Assembly (NCBI GenBank): GCA_049512935.1
Contig: JBEKWR010000002.1
Span: forward strand, 1-64,000
Direction: 5' to 3'
From: Candidatus Bathyarchaeia archaeon
GTDB lineage: Archaea > Thermoproteota > Bathyarchaeia > Bathyarchaeales > Bathycorpusculaceae
Length of the DNA stretch: 64,000 nt
A program made the translations under genes and the position numbers. The notes below the pieces were generated by a model. The model did not search any database. It was not told where the DNA came from and saw only the letters and a program-made list of their open reading frames with translations. Positions within the stretch are counted from its first letter, which is position 1. Each line of letters begins with the position of its first letter. Below are positions 29,448 to 38,869 of this stretch, in pieces.

Positions 29448-30245
29448 ATGGGCGCGTACGACGAGCTTGAAAAAATCTGGTACTTCATGAAACGAGACAT
29501 GATCAGCTTCTCAACTTACAAGACAAACATTGCCATTCTGGTTTTCAGCGCAGTTTTCGGCGCGTTATCCTACGCGTACCTCGGGCAAAGTTCGGTTAAC
29601 CAGCTTGTGTTGCAGGAGTTCCACACGAACTTCACAACTTACCTGCTTATCGGGTTGGCGTTCAACACGTATCTTGGACAAGCCCTTACGCTGGTGCAGA
29701 AAACCATCAATCCCTGGGCGCTTGAGGAAGTCCTGGTTTCACCCACCAGCCTAACAACCTTCATCATCGGCAGTTCACTCTGGGGTTTCGTCTGGAGCAC
29801 CGCGGTCGTGGCAGTTTACCTGCTCATCGGCGTGTACATCTTCGGCATAACGCTAAGCATCAACGTAGTCGGCACGCTGATCGTGCTGGCGCTGGGAATC
29901 GGCACGTTCATCGGCTTCAGCATGATCGGCTCAGGCATACTGATCCTAACCAAACAAGGCGACCCCGTTGCAGCACTCATACCCATCGTGACAAGCCTTT
30001 TTGGAAACGTTCTTTTCCCGCCGCAGGTTCTGCCCACTTTCCTGCAAGTAATCGCCTACGTTACTCCGCCATACTATTTCTTCACGTCCATCAAGCTCAT
30101 ACTGACAGGCGCAACCATCGCATCGATACTGCCTGACATAGAAATTTTAGCCGTGATGTGCGCCGTCATAGTTCCGTTAGGCTACGGGGTCTACGCGTGG
30201 TGCCTCAAAACAGCGAGGAAAAACGGAACACTATCATGGTTCTAG
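29448..30245 (+). CDS. ABC-2-type transporter permease
   Basis: Six TM helices; in operon with the ATPase. Confidence 0.9.
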   Translation: MGAYDELEKIWYFMKRDMISFSTYKTNIAILVFSAVFGALSYAYLGQSSVNQLVLQEFHTNFTTYLLIGLAFNTYLGQALTLVQKTINPWALEEVLVSPTSLTTFIIGSSLWGFVWSTAVVAVYLLIGVYIFGITLSINVVGTLIVLALGIGTFIGFSMIGSGILILTKQGDPVAALIPIVTSLFGNVLFPPQVLPTFLQVIAYVTPPYYFFTSIKLILTGATIASILPDIEILAVMCAVIVPLGYGVYAWCLKTARKNGTLSWF

Positions 30246-30751
30246 ACAATTTCAAAATTAAATTTTCGCTTTAACAAGTCGCTGATTATTTTCCATTCTG
30301 AGGACGTAACTTTAAAATTAGTTCCTTGAGATTGCCGGAATATTGTCATATTCTGCAATCCCGGTATTTTCCTCAACTCTTTGCTCGTAAGTGCCGTTAC
30401 AAGAGTTAGTTTTAGCTGATAGTTAATTACTACTCTCAGAGCTTCTTTGCCCCTGTCAGACACCGAAGCCCAATACTTCGTTGATTCTGGTGACTCCTTC
30501 ATCATTCGAGGAGCAGATATTATTCTACCAATAGCATAAATACCCCTTTCAAACCGAGCCTTCCAAATTAATCCGATGTCTCCAACTCTTATTTCATCAC
30601 TAAAACGGTTAACTAACCAAGTATCTTCCTTCAAGTTTTCATTACAAAGTGCGTCATAGAATCTATACCTAAGCGGATTAGCTTGGAAAATCCAAACTCT
30701 TGGCTCCTCTCTGTCTCTAGTACTGGACCTTAGCGCCTCTTCCTCGACCAT
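30242..30751 (-). CDS. EVE domain protein
   Basis: WIFQANP..Y, W.V......I..GD...IW, GIYA.G.I, QGTNF.VT..EW..I motifs. AT-rich. Confidence 0.8.
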   Translation of the reverse strand: MVEEEALRSSTRDREEPRVWIFQANPLRYRFYDALCNENLKEDTWLVNRFSDEIRVGDIGLIWKARFERGIYAIGRIISAPRMMKESPESTKYWASVSDRGKEALRVVINYQLKLTLVTALTSKELRKIPGLQNMTIFRQSQGTNFKVTSSEWKIISDLLKRKFNFEIV

Positions 30752-30773
30752 CTTTAAACACATTTCTTTGTAT

Positions 30774-32480
30774 CTATTTCATGATGTTTATTTTATACGC
30801 TTTTTGTAAATCTATTTCGAAAGCGGCGACTGGGTTTTCAAGCTTCCACGCCTCAAGCACGGCTGGGTTGATTTCGCCCACGAAGCCCACTTCGACGCCG
30901 CCCACGAGAACCGCGCCCACTCTGCCTTCAATGAAACTCGGGTGAGCGGCTTCTTTTATTTGCCATTGAACCCCAAAATTCATGAAGAAAGCGTCCAAGG
31001 CTGACTTTATCTCGGTGAAGTTCGCGTTCGCATGTGTTGTTGCAGCGCAGACCCATTCCTCATCCCTCGTCTTCGTCTCGGACAATTCGTCAAGCAACGT
31101 AACTTTTCCCAGCTCAAAGATCTTTTGGGGAAACTCTACGCTTTGGTTGTTGCTGAGGAACCCCATCAGGCTTGGCAGGAGCCAGTTGCGCAGGCAAGTC
31201 ATGGTTGCGACTTTCGGGTTGGCAACTTCAACGCACGCCGTTTCCTTCACGTTCATCTTGCCAAACAAGGTTTCCTTATCTGTCAGCGTATAAGTCAGGA
31301 TTTCTTGGTAGCCTAAGCCAACCAAAAGTTCCCTTGCAACGTCGATTTGGCGTTGGTCAGGTTTTGCCCTGCCAGTTGTGGGCATTTCGCGCCAAACGCA
31401 CTCGATGTTGTTGTAGCCGAAGGCGACTGCGACGTCCTCAACGAGGTCAACCTGATGCATCACGTCAACGCGGTAAAATGGCACGACAACGTCCACGGTG
31501 TCCCCATGCGTTTTCCCGATGCCTAAGCCCGCCGTCAACAGCAGCTCGCCGATCTGTTTAGCTGAAAGCTTCAGCCCCAACAGCCTGTTCGTGTACTCCA
31601 CGCTCAGCGGCACGGTGCGGCTGCTAAAATTGGGCGTAGACTCATCCATGCGCTTGTACCCGTTGCCTTCAGGGTAATGAATCGTGGCGGAGAAGGCTTT
31701 TCCGCCGCGGTCAATCAACGCGGCAGCCACAAGGTTCAGCGTGTCAACGACGGTTCTGTGCACTGTGCCCGTGACTTCAACCAGCAGGTTCCGCGATTCC
31801 TCAGTTATCTTGCCTAAATCGTTCGAGTTGATTATCGGCGGAAAAGACAGGATTTTTCCTTCCGAGTCATACAGCATCGGGTAAAGCGGGTTCTTTTTAA
31901 CTATGTGCCCGTACTCGAGACCTTTCAGGTGCCGCTCAAGAATCTCGTTCAGCGTCAGTTTCTGGTCGAACCCTAAAGGAACAAAACTTACCTCGCTGGG
32001 GTTAACCGCCCTATATTCTATTGGCGGCTTAATCATGTGGAAGTTGTAGATGCCGATCGAGGTTTTCTGGCGGTTCCTTCCGAAGGTTTTATCCAGCTTA
32101 TCCTGCATGTGCATCAGCCCCCGAATGACCGCGTCGCTTAACTGCACGTCTTTAATGACGGCGCAGGCGATGAATGGGCGAATATCGAAGAGTTGTGCGT
32201 CCACGTTGACGTCAACGACTGGTTTCTCCGCGGTGTACAGCCTCGCTCCCTTTTCCAACCCAAGATAACAGCGCAGCCCTCTGGCTAATCCTTCCGCACT
32301 CCACAGGTCGGGGCGGTTGGTGTCCTTCATTTCGATGCTTACGGTGCCTTCCTGCTCGTTGAAAAGCTTCACTTCGCCCTTGACGTTGGCAAGGATTTCG
32401 TCGAGCCGCTCCATTTTCCAGTGCAGGTCCAAGCCCAGAAGCCGCTCAAGCTCCAAATAATCCAGGTCGATCGTCGGCGT
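30774..32480 (-). CDS. pheT: Phenylalanine--tRNA ligase beta subunit (apparent ACG start at 32480)
   Basis: DTNRPDLWSAEG, SFPPIINS, R.DV.H..D.VEDVA motifs. The N-terminus extends to (M)PTIDLDYLELERLLG. Confidence 0.95.
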   Translation of the reverse strand, partial: TPTIDLDYLELERLLGLDLHWKMERLDEILANVKGEVKLFNEQEGTVSIEMKDTNRPDLWSAEGLARGLRCYLGLEKGARLYTAEKPVVDVNVDAQLFDIRPFIACAVIKDVQLSDAVIRGLMHMQDKLDKTFGRNRQKTSIGIYNFHMIKPPIEYRAVNPSEVSFVPLGFDQKLTLNEILERHLKGLEYGHIVKKNPLYPMLYDSEGKILSFPPIINSNDLGKITEESRNLLVEVTGTVHRTVVDTLNLVAAALIDRGGKAFSATIHYPEGNGYKRMDESTPNFSSRTVPLSVEYTNRLLGLKLSAKQIGELLLTAGLGIGKTHGDTVDVVVPFYRVDVMHQVDLVEDVAVAFGYNNIECVWREMPTTGRAKPDQRQIDVARELLVGLGYQEILTYTLTDKETLFGKMNVKETACVEVANPKVATMTCLRNWLLPSLMGFLSNNQSVEFPQKIFELGKVTLLDELSETKTRDEEWVCAATTHANANFTEIKSALDAFFMNFGVQWQIKEAAHPSFIEGRVGAVLVGGVEVGFVGEINPAVLEAWKLENPVAAFEIDLQKAYKINIMK

Positions 32481-32481
32481 T

Positions 32482-34014
32482 TTAGGTCACCTCTTTCTTT
32501 CTCAGCCAATCAAGGTCCTGGCTGAAAATCATCCTTATGTCCTCGATGCCTGCCCGCATCATGAAGAGGCGGTCAACGCCTAAACCCCACGCGATGACGG
32601 GTTCCTTTACGCCGAGGGGCAAGGTGACTTCGGGTCGAAATATGCCGCTGCCGCCAAATTCCACCCAGCCGTAGCCTTCCTTGTACGCGCTGAGTTCCAC
32701 GCTGGGCTCGGTGAAGGGGAAATAGTCGGGTTTGAACCGTACTTTGTCGGCTCCCGCGATTTCCAAAGCGAACTTGCCGAGCACGCCCAGAAGATCTTTG
32801 AGGGTTAGGTTTTCGTCGATGATTATGCCTTCCACCTGGTTGAATTCGGAAAGGTGAGTTTTGTCGATTAGCTCTGGACGGTAAACCCGTGCGATGCTGA
32901 AGTGCTTGCTTGGCACAGCGAATTTTTTTGCCGCAAGCGTTCGCGCGCTAAGGCACGTTCCGTGACCACGCAGGATTAGTCGTTGAGCCGTTAGGAGAGA
33001 GTACTTGTACCCCCATCCCGTGGAGCCAGTGGTCCACCCGTCTTCATGCGTTTCCTTCACCTGCTCCAAGGCTTGGGCGTGCATGCTTACGTCGCCGTAC
33101 GCGGGGTCCTTCGTGTAGTAAATGTCGCTTTCCTCTCTTGCAGGGTGATCCTGCGGCACGAAAAGAGCGTCAAAGTTGAAGAAGCCCGTTTCAACCGCCG
33201 TGCCCGTCATCTCCTGGAAACCCAACTGCACCAGTTTAGCGCGGACTTCGTCGAGAAACTGGAGGTAGGGATGCTTCTTGCCGGGCCAAGTTTTGGCGAC
33301 GGGCGCTTCAATGTTGTACTTTTGAAGTTTTGAGGTGTGCCATTTGCCAGTGATGATGAGTTCAGGCGTGAGCTGCGTGATTTCCTGCGGGGCGGTTTTG
33401 GCTTCGGCGGCGGCTTTTTTGCCTTCCGCGGTGATTTGCAGCGTGCGGCTTGTTTTAGGTTCGATAGAAAGAACCTTGCGTTTCTTCAGCAGTTCAGCAG
33501 CCTGTTTCAGTTCATCCTGTTTGAATTCTTCAAGCGCCGTCTGCCCTTTCTCATTTACGATTGCGAGGAGTTTCTCATCTTCGCCCTCTGGGATGAAGGC
33601 TTGGTGAATAAAGTTTTCAGCGACTCGCAGGGTGTTGTCGCTTGACGTGTAGAGCGCCCATTTTTTTCTTATCGCCCAGCCGAGCGCGATTTGGATGAAC
33701 TGAGCCTCAATGCCCGCCTGCTTCGCCGCTTCTTTGAGGTCTGCTGACCCGCCCTGCGCCGCCACGGCTCGCATCAGGCTGCGTTCAGGCAACCCGTTTT
33801 TGGAGTAAGTTTCCCCCTCAGCGGTCAGTTTGATGACGTTCTGGTGTTTTGCGTGTATGCCAATGAGGCTTTTTTCCTGCAGGGTCAGAGCCGTGCGCAT
33901 GACTGCCGTGTCTTGCATGCCTGTTTTTTCGATTAGCTGCTCTACCGAGGCGTCTCCGCCGACCGCCTGCAAGGCGCATAGGAGTTGTTGTTCCTGCGTT
34001 CTGAGTTCAACCAT
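32482..34014 (-). CDS. pheS: Phenylalanine--tRNA ligase alpha subunit
   Basis: FNFDALFVPQDHPARE, THLSEFNQVEG, YFPFTEPS, GSGIFRPEV, AWGLGVDR motifs. Confidence 0.97.
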   Translation of the reverse strand: MVELRTQEQQLLCALQAVGGDASVEQLIEKTGMQDTAVMRTALTLQEKSLIGIHAKHQNVIKLTAEGETYSKNGLPERSLMRAVAAQGGSADLKEAAKQAGIEAQFIQIALGWAIRKKWALYTSSDNTLRVAENFIHQAFIPEGEDEKLLAIVNEKGQTALEEFKQDELKQAAELLKKRKVLSIEPKTSRTLQITAEGKKAAAEAKTAPQEITQLTPELIITGKWHTSKLQKYNIEAPVAKTWPGKKHPYLQFLDEVRAKLVQLGFQEMTGTAVETGFFNFDALFVPQDHPAREESDIYYTKDPAYGDVSMHAQALEQVKETHEDGWTTGSTGWGYKYSLLTAQRLILRGHGTCLSARTLAAKKFAVPSKHFSIARVYRPELIDKTHLSEFNQVEGIIIDENLTLKDLLGVLGKFALEIAGADKVRFKPDYFPFTEPSVELSAYKEGYGWVEFGGSGIFRPEVTLPLGVKEPVIAWGLGVDRLFMMRAGIEDIRMIFSQDLDWLRKKEVT

Positions 34015-34682
34015 TTTGGCGCGTGCCTTCTACGTGGTTCTTTTTGAGGTTTGTTAAGGGATAGTTCCTTCGCCTCAAATAAAAGCATGCTGATGAGTCT
34101 TGACCATGCAAGAGAGAAGCAGAAGGCTGTCTTGAGGCTTTTTTGGCGCTATACCGCGCGTTAGGACGTTTTATTCTTTTTTTTTGCCAGTTAAGAGGGG
34201 TTTTTTCTTCAGAAATTGGCTGGTCTGTTTTCATTTCAGCCCTAAGCGGACTTGAGATCCAAAAACCTCTTATTTAAGATGCTTGTTCATTTTAAAGCAG
34301 GTTTTTTCAAAACTCTAATCCCCTTCTTAAGCGCTGGTTGCCAGTAGAAGGTTGGTTAAGGGCTGTCTGGAACCTTCAGGAAGAGAGAAGGGGGTGAACC
34401 AGAAGGCAACCCTTAACCAGATTGGTAATCAATCGAGTTAGCATAAAAAGCTTTGCATTAAATTACTTTTACCTATGAACAATTCGCTGAGTTTTAAGGG
34501 TCTAAACTGAGTTTGCGCTATCGCAGTCAACCTGCTGAAAAATGTTATTCGTAGAATCCACCGAGCTTTCAGCAGAACAACCATCACCGTTGAACTGCCG
34601 CCAAGTTTGCGGATGAAAAGTTTGCTTAAGGCGGAAGCTAACGTTTTACTTTGAAACCGCTTTTTGAGGGGGCTAAGCCTGC

Positions 34683-34862
34683 TTACGCCATTGCTAATTT
34701 GCGCAGCCCAATTCTTTCTAAGTCTTCGCACTCGTCGCAGAGGTCAGACGTGGGTCTGCTGAAGCGTTTGCGAATGACCGCCCGCGGGTACTGCTTGCAG
34801 TCTTTCTGCCAATGCCACCTGTCAGGCTCAGGACCCTTAACATACTCCACATTCTCCGCCAA
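34683..34862 (-). CDS. Small putative Zn-binding protein (WH...C / CxxC)
   Basis: MAENVEYVKGPEPDRWHWQKDCKQY...LCDEC; TTG start after a GGGAGG ribosome-binding site. Confidence 0.6.
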   Translation of the reverse strand: MAENVEYVKGPEPDRWHWQKDCKQYPRAVIRKRFSRPTSDLCDECEDLERIGLRKLAMA

Positions 34863-34978
34863 TCCGAAACCTCCCACAAAGAGCCTCAATCAACACAATA
34901 TAGTATACAACAACTATTATTTCTAATTTGCCAATCCCTTAAATAGGGACAAAAAAAGGTTGGTTAGCGACGCAGAGC

Positions 34979-35083
34979 TTATTTTGCCTTTCCAGCTTTC
35001 TTAGCGCAGGCGCTACTGCAGTACTTGCTTTTAGCATCAAACGTCGTGTAAACCCGTTTGCAAACTGGACATTTCTTATCCAA
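34979..35083 (-). CDS. 34-aa zinc-finger microprotein (CPVC...YCSSAC)
   Basis: Manual translation MDKKCPVCKRVYTTFDAKSKYCSSACAKKAGKAK*; GAGG upstream. Not in the ORF track. Confidence 0.65.
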   Translation of the reverse strand: MDKKCPVCKRVYTTFDAKSKYCSSACAKKAGKAK

Positions 35084-35207
35084 ACTCAACAACCTCTTAA
35101 CAGCATTGTGGTACGCTGGACTTAAAACTTTTTTGCGAAAAAACCCAAAACTAACCTGAAGCCAACTCTGTTTTTAGAGCACCCGCAGTTCAGCATGTGT
35201 TTTTGGG

Positions 35208-35390
35208 TTAAGTGTTGTTCAGGATTAAGTCTGCCTTCGGCGCTTCGTTCCTAACAAGGTTAACCGCGTTCTCGCAATCCGACCTGTTATGGTAGCCCTC
35301 GCAGCTTTCAGCGATGACTGCGCCGTTGCCTGCCCTCAGCTGCCACCTGAACAGCCGAGCGTTATCCTTGTACACCTCAAACTGAGCCAT
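35208..35390 (-). CDS. YegP/DUF1508-family protein
   Basis: FEVYKD....FRWQLRA.NG.VIA.S.EGY.N...C..AV motif. Confidence 0.85.
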   Translation of the reverse strand: MAQFEVYKDNARLFRWQLRAGNGAVIAESCEGYHNRSDCENAVNLVRNEAPKADLILNNT

Positions 35391-35403
35391 AAGAAAACCT
35401 GCC

Positions 35404-36441
35404 CTAAACAGGTATAGCGTCCAAGTCACATATAGCTTTAACCGAACTGCCGCTGGAAGGCTTTCTAAAGTTTCTTCGTCTGGTCCTTACCAAGATGAGA
35501 TAAACCGCTACAGCCATCACTATTCCCACCGAGAAAACCCCGACTGTTTCAGCGATTGTAAAGGCACTTCGAGCTGCCGCGCCATCGGAGCCCGTGGGAA
35601 CTGTCGCATTATTGGGGTAGCCGCGGCTTTCCCAGTATCCTAGGTAGCTTGAATCGTTTGACACATCGATCTGCGTTACCCATTTTATCCATTTGTATCC
35701 ATATTGGTCAGGAGGCACAAGCGCGAGTGGAAACCCTGCCGCGGCGGGGAGAGTTACGTTGTTCATTTTGTAAGCTAAGGTTATGTTGTTCTGTTCCACG
35801 TAGCTTAATGGAAGCGATGTGGTGTAGCCGTCGGCGGCTATGAAGATAAGAGTGTTCGCATCTGGGCTGACGCCTGCCTCTTTGATGAGGTCGCTTACAA
35901 GGACTCCTTGCCATAAGCAGGTTACGCTCCAGCCTTCTACGCAGAGAAGTGTGGAAACATTCTGGTACAACGTGAAGTTATTGAGTATGTCGCTGTACGT
36001 ATATTCTACAGGTTGGTTTACGAGACCGGTGATTGTTAAGTTGTAAGTCGCCTCGTCTATGTGTTGTGTTCCATCGATTGCAACGTCGGGGTGTAGAGCG
36101 ATATCTTCAACGAAAGTGCTGATTGACGTCAATTGTTGACCATCATACTCGGTAACTTCTCCCGGGTAAAGCCCAGAGGGCAGCGGTGGTGGTGGCGTAA
36201 AACCACCTGTTAGCATCGACGGAGGATATGGCGAAGCAGACGGCGTCGCGGATGTACCTGGGGCGGAGGGTGAAGAAGACGCCGTAATTGTCGGTGTTAA
36301 GGAAGCAGTTGGAGTGGGGGACGGTACGAGCGTTACGGAAGGCTTAGAAACGTTCTGAGCAATAAACAGCGAAACAACCAGCGCCGCCACTAACAAAACC
36401 ACAACCAAAACTAGTCTTACATGCCGCTTAATTACCTGCAT
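35404..36441 (-). CDS. Membrane-anchored molybdopterin oxidoreductase (sulfite oxidase/MsrP-like)
   Basis: LLCVEGWS Mo-ligand Cys, DGYTTSLP, GFP..LV.P..YGYKWIKW, GYWE.RGY; N- and C-terminal TM helices. Confidence 0.88.
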   Translation of the reverse strand: MQVIKRHVRLVLVVVLLVAALVVSLFIAQNVSKPSVTLVPSPTPTASLTPTITASSSPSAPGTSATPSASPYPPSMLTGGFTPPPPLPSGLYPGEVTEYDGQQLTSISTFVEDIALHPDVAIDGTQHIDEATYNLTITGLVNQPVEYTYSDILNNFTLYQNVSTLLCVEGWSVTCLWQGVLVSDLIKEAGVSPDANTLIFIAADGYTTSLPLSYVEQNNITLAYKMNNVTLPAAAGFPLALVPPDQYGYKWIKWVTQIDVSNDSSYLGYWESRGYPNNATVPTGSDGAAARSAFTIAETVGVFSVGIVMAVAVYLILVRTRRRNFRKPSSGSSVKAICDLDAIPV

Positions 36442-36548
36442 TTCAAACTAATAATGAGAATGCCTTCATATTTATCTGTAACGCGCGTGCGTTCCTCCGC
36501 AGGCATCCTTTTCAAAACATGTTTCAGGAAGTTATAAAAGCGTGTTCG

Positions 36549-36568
36549 TCCCACATGGTATTGTGGGA
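36549..36568. promoter_or_regulatory. Inverted repeat, likely TA operator
   Basis: tcccaca-N6-tgtggga immediately before the antitoxin start. Confidence 0.55.
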
Positions 36569-36572
36569 AAAG

Positions 36573-36818
36573 ATGGAGCAATTAACAGTTAAAGTAGATT
36601 CAAAAGGCAGAATTTGCATTCCAGCCGAAATAAGAGAAGAATTCGGAGACACCATCACCATCAAGAAAACCCAAGAAGGCTACATGATAATTCCCGGCAA
36701 ACGCCAAGATTTTCTTGAAGAGTTCAAAAAGTTAATCAATTCTGAGCCGAAGCGTAAAGGTAAACCAAAACTTGCAACTCCAGAAGAAATGAAGTCAGTT
36801 TGGAGAACCGCCAAGTGA
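36573..36818 (+). CDS. AbrB/MazE-family antitoxin
   Basis: VKVDSKGRICIPAEIRE motif. Confidence 0.9.
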   Translation: MEQLTVKVDSKGRICIPAEIREEFGDTITIKKTQEGYMIIPGKRQDFLEEFKKLINSEPKRKGKPKLATPEEMKSVWRTAK

Positions 36819-36937
36819 AACATCAGGACAATACTGAAAAGCTGCTCAAAATGATCAATTCTAAACATCGCCGAACAGGTAAGCCTGAAAATTGGCCCCC
36901 TGAAAAGATGAAATCTATTTGGTGCAAAACCCAATGA
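36815..36937 (+). CDS. 40-aa peptide paralogous to the antitoxin C-terminus (candidate mini-antitoxin)
   Basis: MKHQDNTEKLLKMINSKHRRTGKPENWPPEKMKSIWCKTQ*; GTGA and ATGA overlaps with the neighbouring genes. Confidence 0.6.
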   Translation: MKHQDNTEKLLKMINSKHRRTGKPENWPPEKMKSIWCKTQ

Positions 36938-37371
36938 TTATCGGCTTAGACACCAACGTACTATGCTACGCCCTTGACCCAGCATATCCTGAACATGAAA
37001 ACGTGAGACATTTATTGCTCAATCTCTCACCAGAAAACCTCATTGCCCTAAACCCGACTGTTCTGCATGAGGCTTATCACACGCTCGTTAACTACTTAGA
37101 ATGGACCCCTGAAGAAGCCGCCAAAAGACTCACCGCACTTTTGAATCACCCATTTATCGAGTTCTATAACCAAACACAAAAAACCAGCCTAATCGCACTA
37201 AACCTGGCAGTAAAACACAACCTCGACGGAAGAGACGCCCTCATAATAGCCAACTTCTTAGCAAACCAAACACCCATCATGTACACCCACGACAAAAAAC
37301 TCCTAAAACTACAAAAAATAACCTGGAAAAACACCAGCTTAACCCTCAAAGACCCAACAACACAAGGCTAA
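36934..37371 (+). CDS. vapC: PIN-domain toxin
   Basis: LDTNVL, E, DALI.A, THD acidic PIN residues. Confidence 0.9.
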   Translation: MIIGLDTNVLCYALDPAYPEHENVRHLLLNLSPENLIALNPTVLHEAYHTLVNYLEWTPEEAAKRLTALLNHPFIEFYNQTQKTSLIALNLAVKHNLDGRDALIIANFLANQTPIMYTHDKKLLKLQKITWKNTSLTLKDPTTQG

Positions 37372-37486
37372 AGACAAACCTCTAAAGTAACCTGAATTTG
37401 AATTCTATTTACTGCGTTGTTGGTTCGTTTTGTTTATATATTCGAACTTTGACTATGCATGTGCAAAAAGAAGGAATATCTAAAAG

Positions 37487-37927
37487 ATGGGTTCTAAGTC
37501 ACCAAGGGGCGAATTCGCCGCAAGGCAGTTAGCTAGGAAACGGAAAAATTTCCGTTGGCACGATCGTTACTTTAACCGTCGCATGCTTATGCTCGACGAA
37601 AAAGTTGACCCGATGCAGGGTGCACCCCAGTCACGGGGCATCGTTCTGGAGAAAGTCGGCGTTGAATCTAAACAGCCGAACAGCGCCATCCGCAAATGCG
37701 TCCGCACGCAGCTTATCAAGAACGGAAGGACCATCACGGCGTTTTTGCCGGGAGATGGCGCGCTCAACGTTGTTGACGAGCACGACGAGGTCGTTGTTGA
37801 AGGCATCGGCGGGACAAGAGGCGGCGCAATGGGAGACATTCCAGGAGTCCGCTGGAAGGTCGTCATGGTTAACGGCGTAAGCCTAAACGAGCTCGTTTAC
37901 GGGCGTAAACAGAAGCCAGCGAGGTAA
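37487..37927 (+). CDS. rps12: 30S ribosomal protein S12 (uS12)
   Basis: [20 protein letters not shown] motifs. Confidence 0.98.
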   Translation: MGSKSPRGEFAARQLARKRKNFRWHDRYFNRRMLMLDEKVDPMQGAPQSRGIVLEKVGVESKQPNSAIRKCVRTQLIKNGRTITAFLPGDGALNVVDEHDEVVVEGIGGTRGGAMGDIPGVRWKVVMVNGVSLNELVYGRKQKPAR

Positions 37928-37933
37928 AATGGT

Positions 37934-38524
37934 ATGACACAAGCATCAGTCGCTCAACCTCAAGAAATCAAGCTTTTCCAGAAATGGAGCTTCAAAGACA
38001 TCAAAGTCGAAGACATAGGTCTGCAGCGGTACCTGAACTTGACCCCGATGGTTGTCCCCCACAGCATGGGACGCCACGAGCACCAAAGATTCCGCAAGGC
38101 AAAAGTCAACATCGTGGAACGATTAATCAACAACCTCATGCGTCCAGGCAAGAACGCGGGCAAAAAAGCCAAAGTAACCAACATCGTCAAGGAAGCCTTC
38201 GAAATCATCTACACGCGCACGGGCAAAAACCCCGTTGAAGTTCTCGTGAAAGCCGTTGAAAACGCGTCGCCATGCGAAGACACAACACGCATCAGCTACG
38301 GCGGAGTCGTCTACCACTTGTCCGTTGACGTCGCGCCGCAAAGACGCATAGACCTAGCAATCAGACACATAACCGAGGGCGCAAGGCAAGCCAGCATGAA
38401 CACTCCGCGCAGCATACAAGAAGCAATTGCAGACGAACTGATCCTGGCGGCAAACAAGGACATCAAGAGCGCAGGCGTAGCAAAACGCAACGAAATCGAA
38501 CGCGTCGCGCAATCCAGCAGATAA
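37934..38524 (+). CDS. rps7: 30S ribosomal protein S7 (uS7)
   Basis: IVERLIN, NPVEVLV.AV.N..P.ED, VDVAPQRR.DLA, ERVAQSSR motifs. Confidence 0.98.
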   Translation: MTQASVAQPQEIKLFQKWSFKDIKVEDIGLQRYLNLTPMVVPHSMGRHEHQRFRKAKVNIVERLINNLMRPGKNAGKKAKVTNIVKEAFEIIYTRTGKNPVEVLVKAVENASPCEDTTRISYGGVVYHLSVDVAPQRRIDLAIRHITEGARQASMNTPRSIQEAIADELILAANKDIKSAGVAKRNEIERVAQSSR

Positions 38525-38668
38525 AACAACTTCCCTTTTTACCGTTCAAATCTACTTTTCCTTTATTCTAACAAGCAAGCTTTGACCCTTCATATGCAAA
38601 GTTGAGACAGACAAAAGCTGCCTAAGCCTGATCCAAGCCCTAAACCTAAAAAGCTGCCCGAAACAAGC

Positions 38669-38730
38669 CCTGACTGGCGACGAGGGGAGGAGGTCTACTA
38701 TTTACATCAAAATCCCATTGTAAATATGGA
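38669..38730 (+). repeat. Partial degenerate copy of the dispersed repeat (G-rich segment)
   Basis: ctgactggcgacgaggggaggaggtctactatt...aaatatgg aligns with 2915-2979 ctgattgtcgacgggtaggggggagggggtctagtatt...aaatatgg. Confidence 0.65.
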
Positions 38731-38869
38731 TTTGGTTCTTTCGGGGTGGTTGCTAGCTGCCCTCAGCGGGGGATGGCGGGTGCTTTTCTTTCGGTTTCCC
38801 TGAATATGCGGGGGTTTGATTAGAAATAGTCTTAAAGTTGACGGTGGAATATTACTTTACGAAGTTTGT

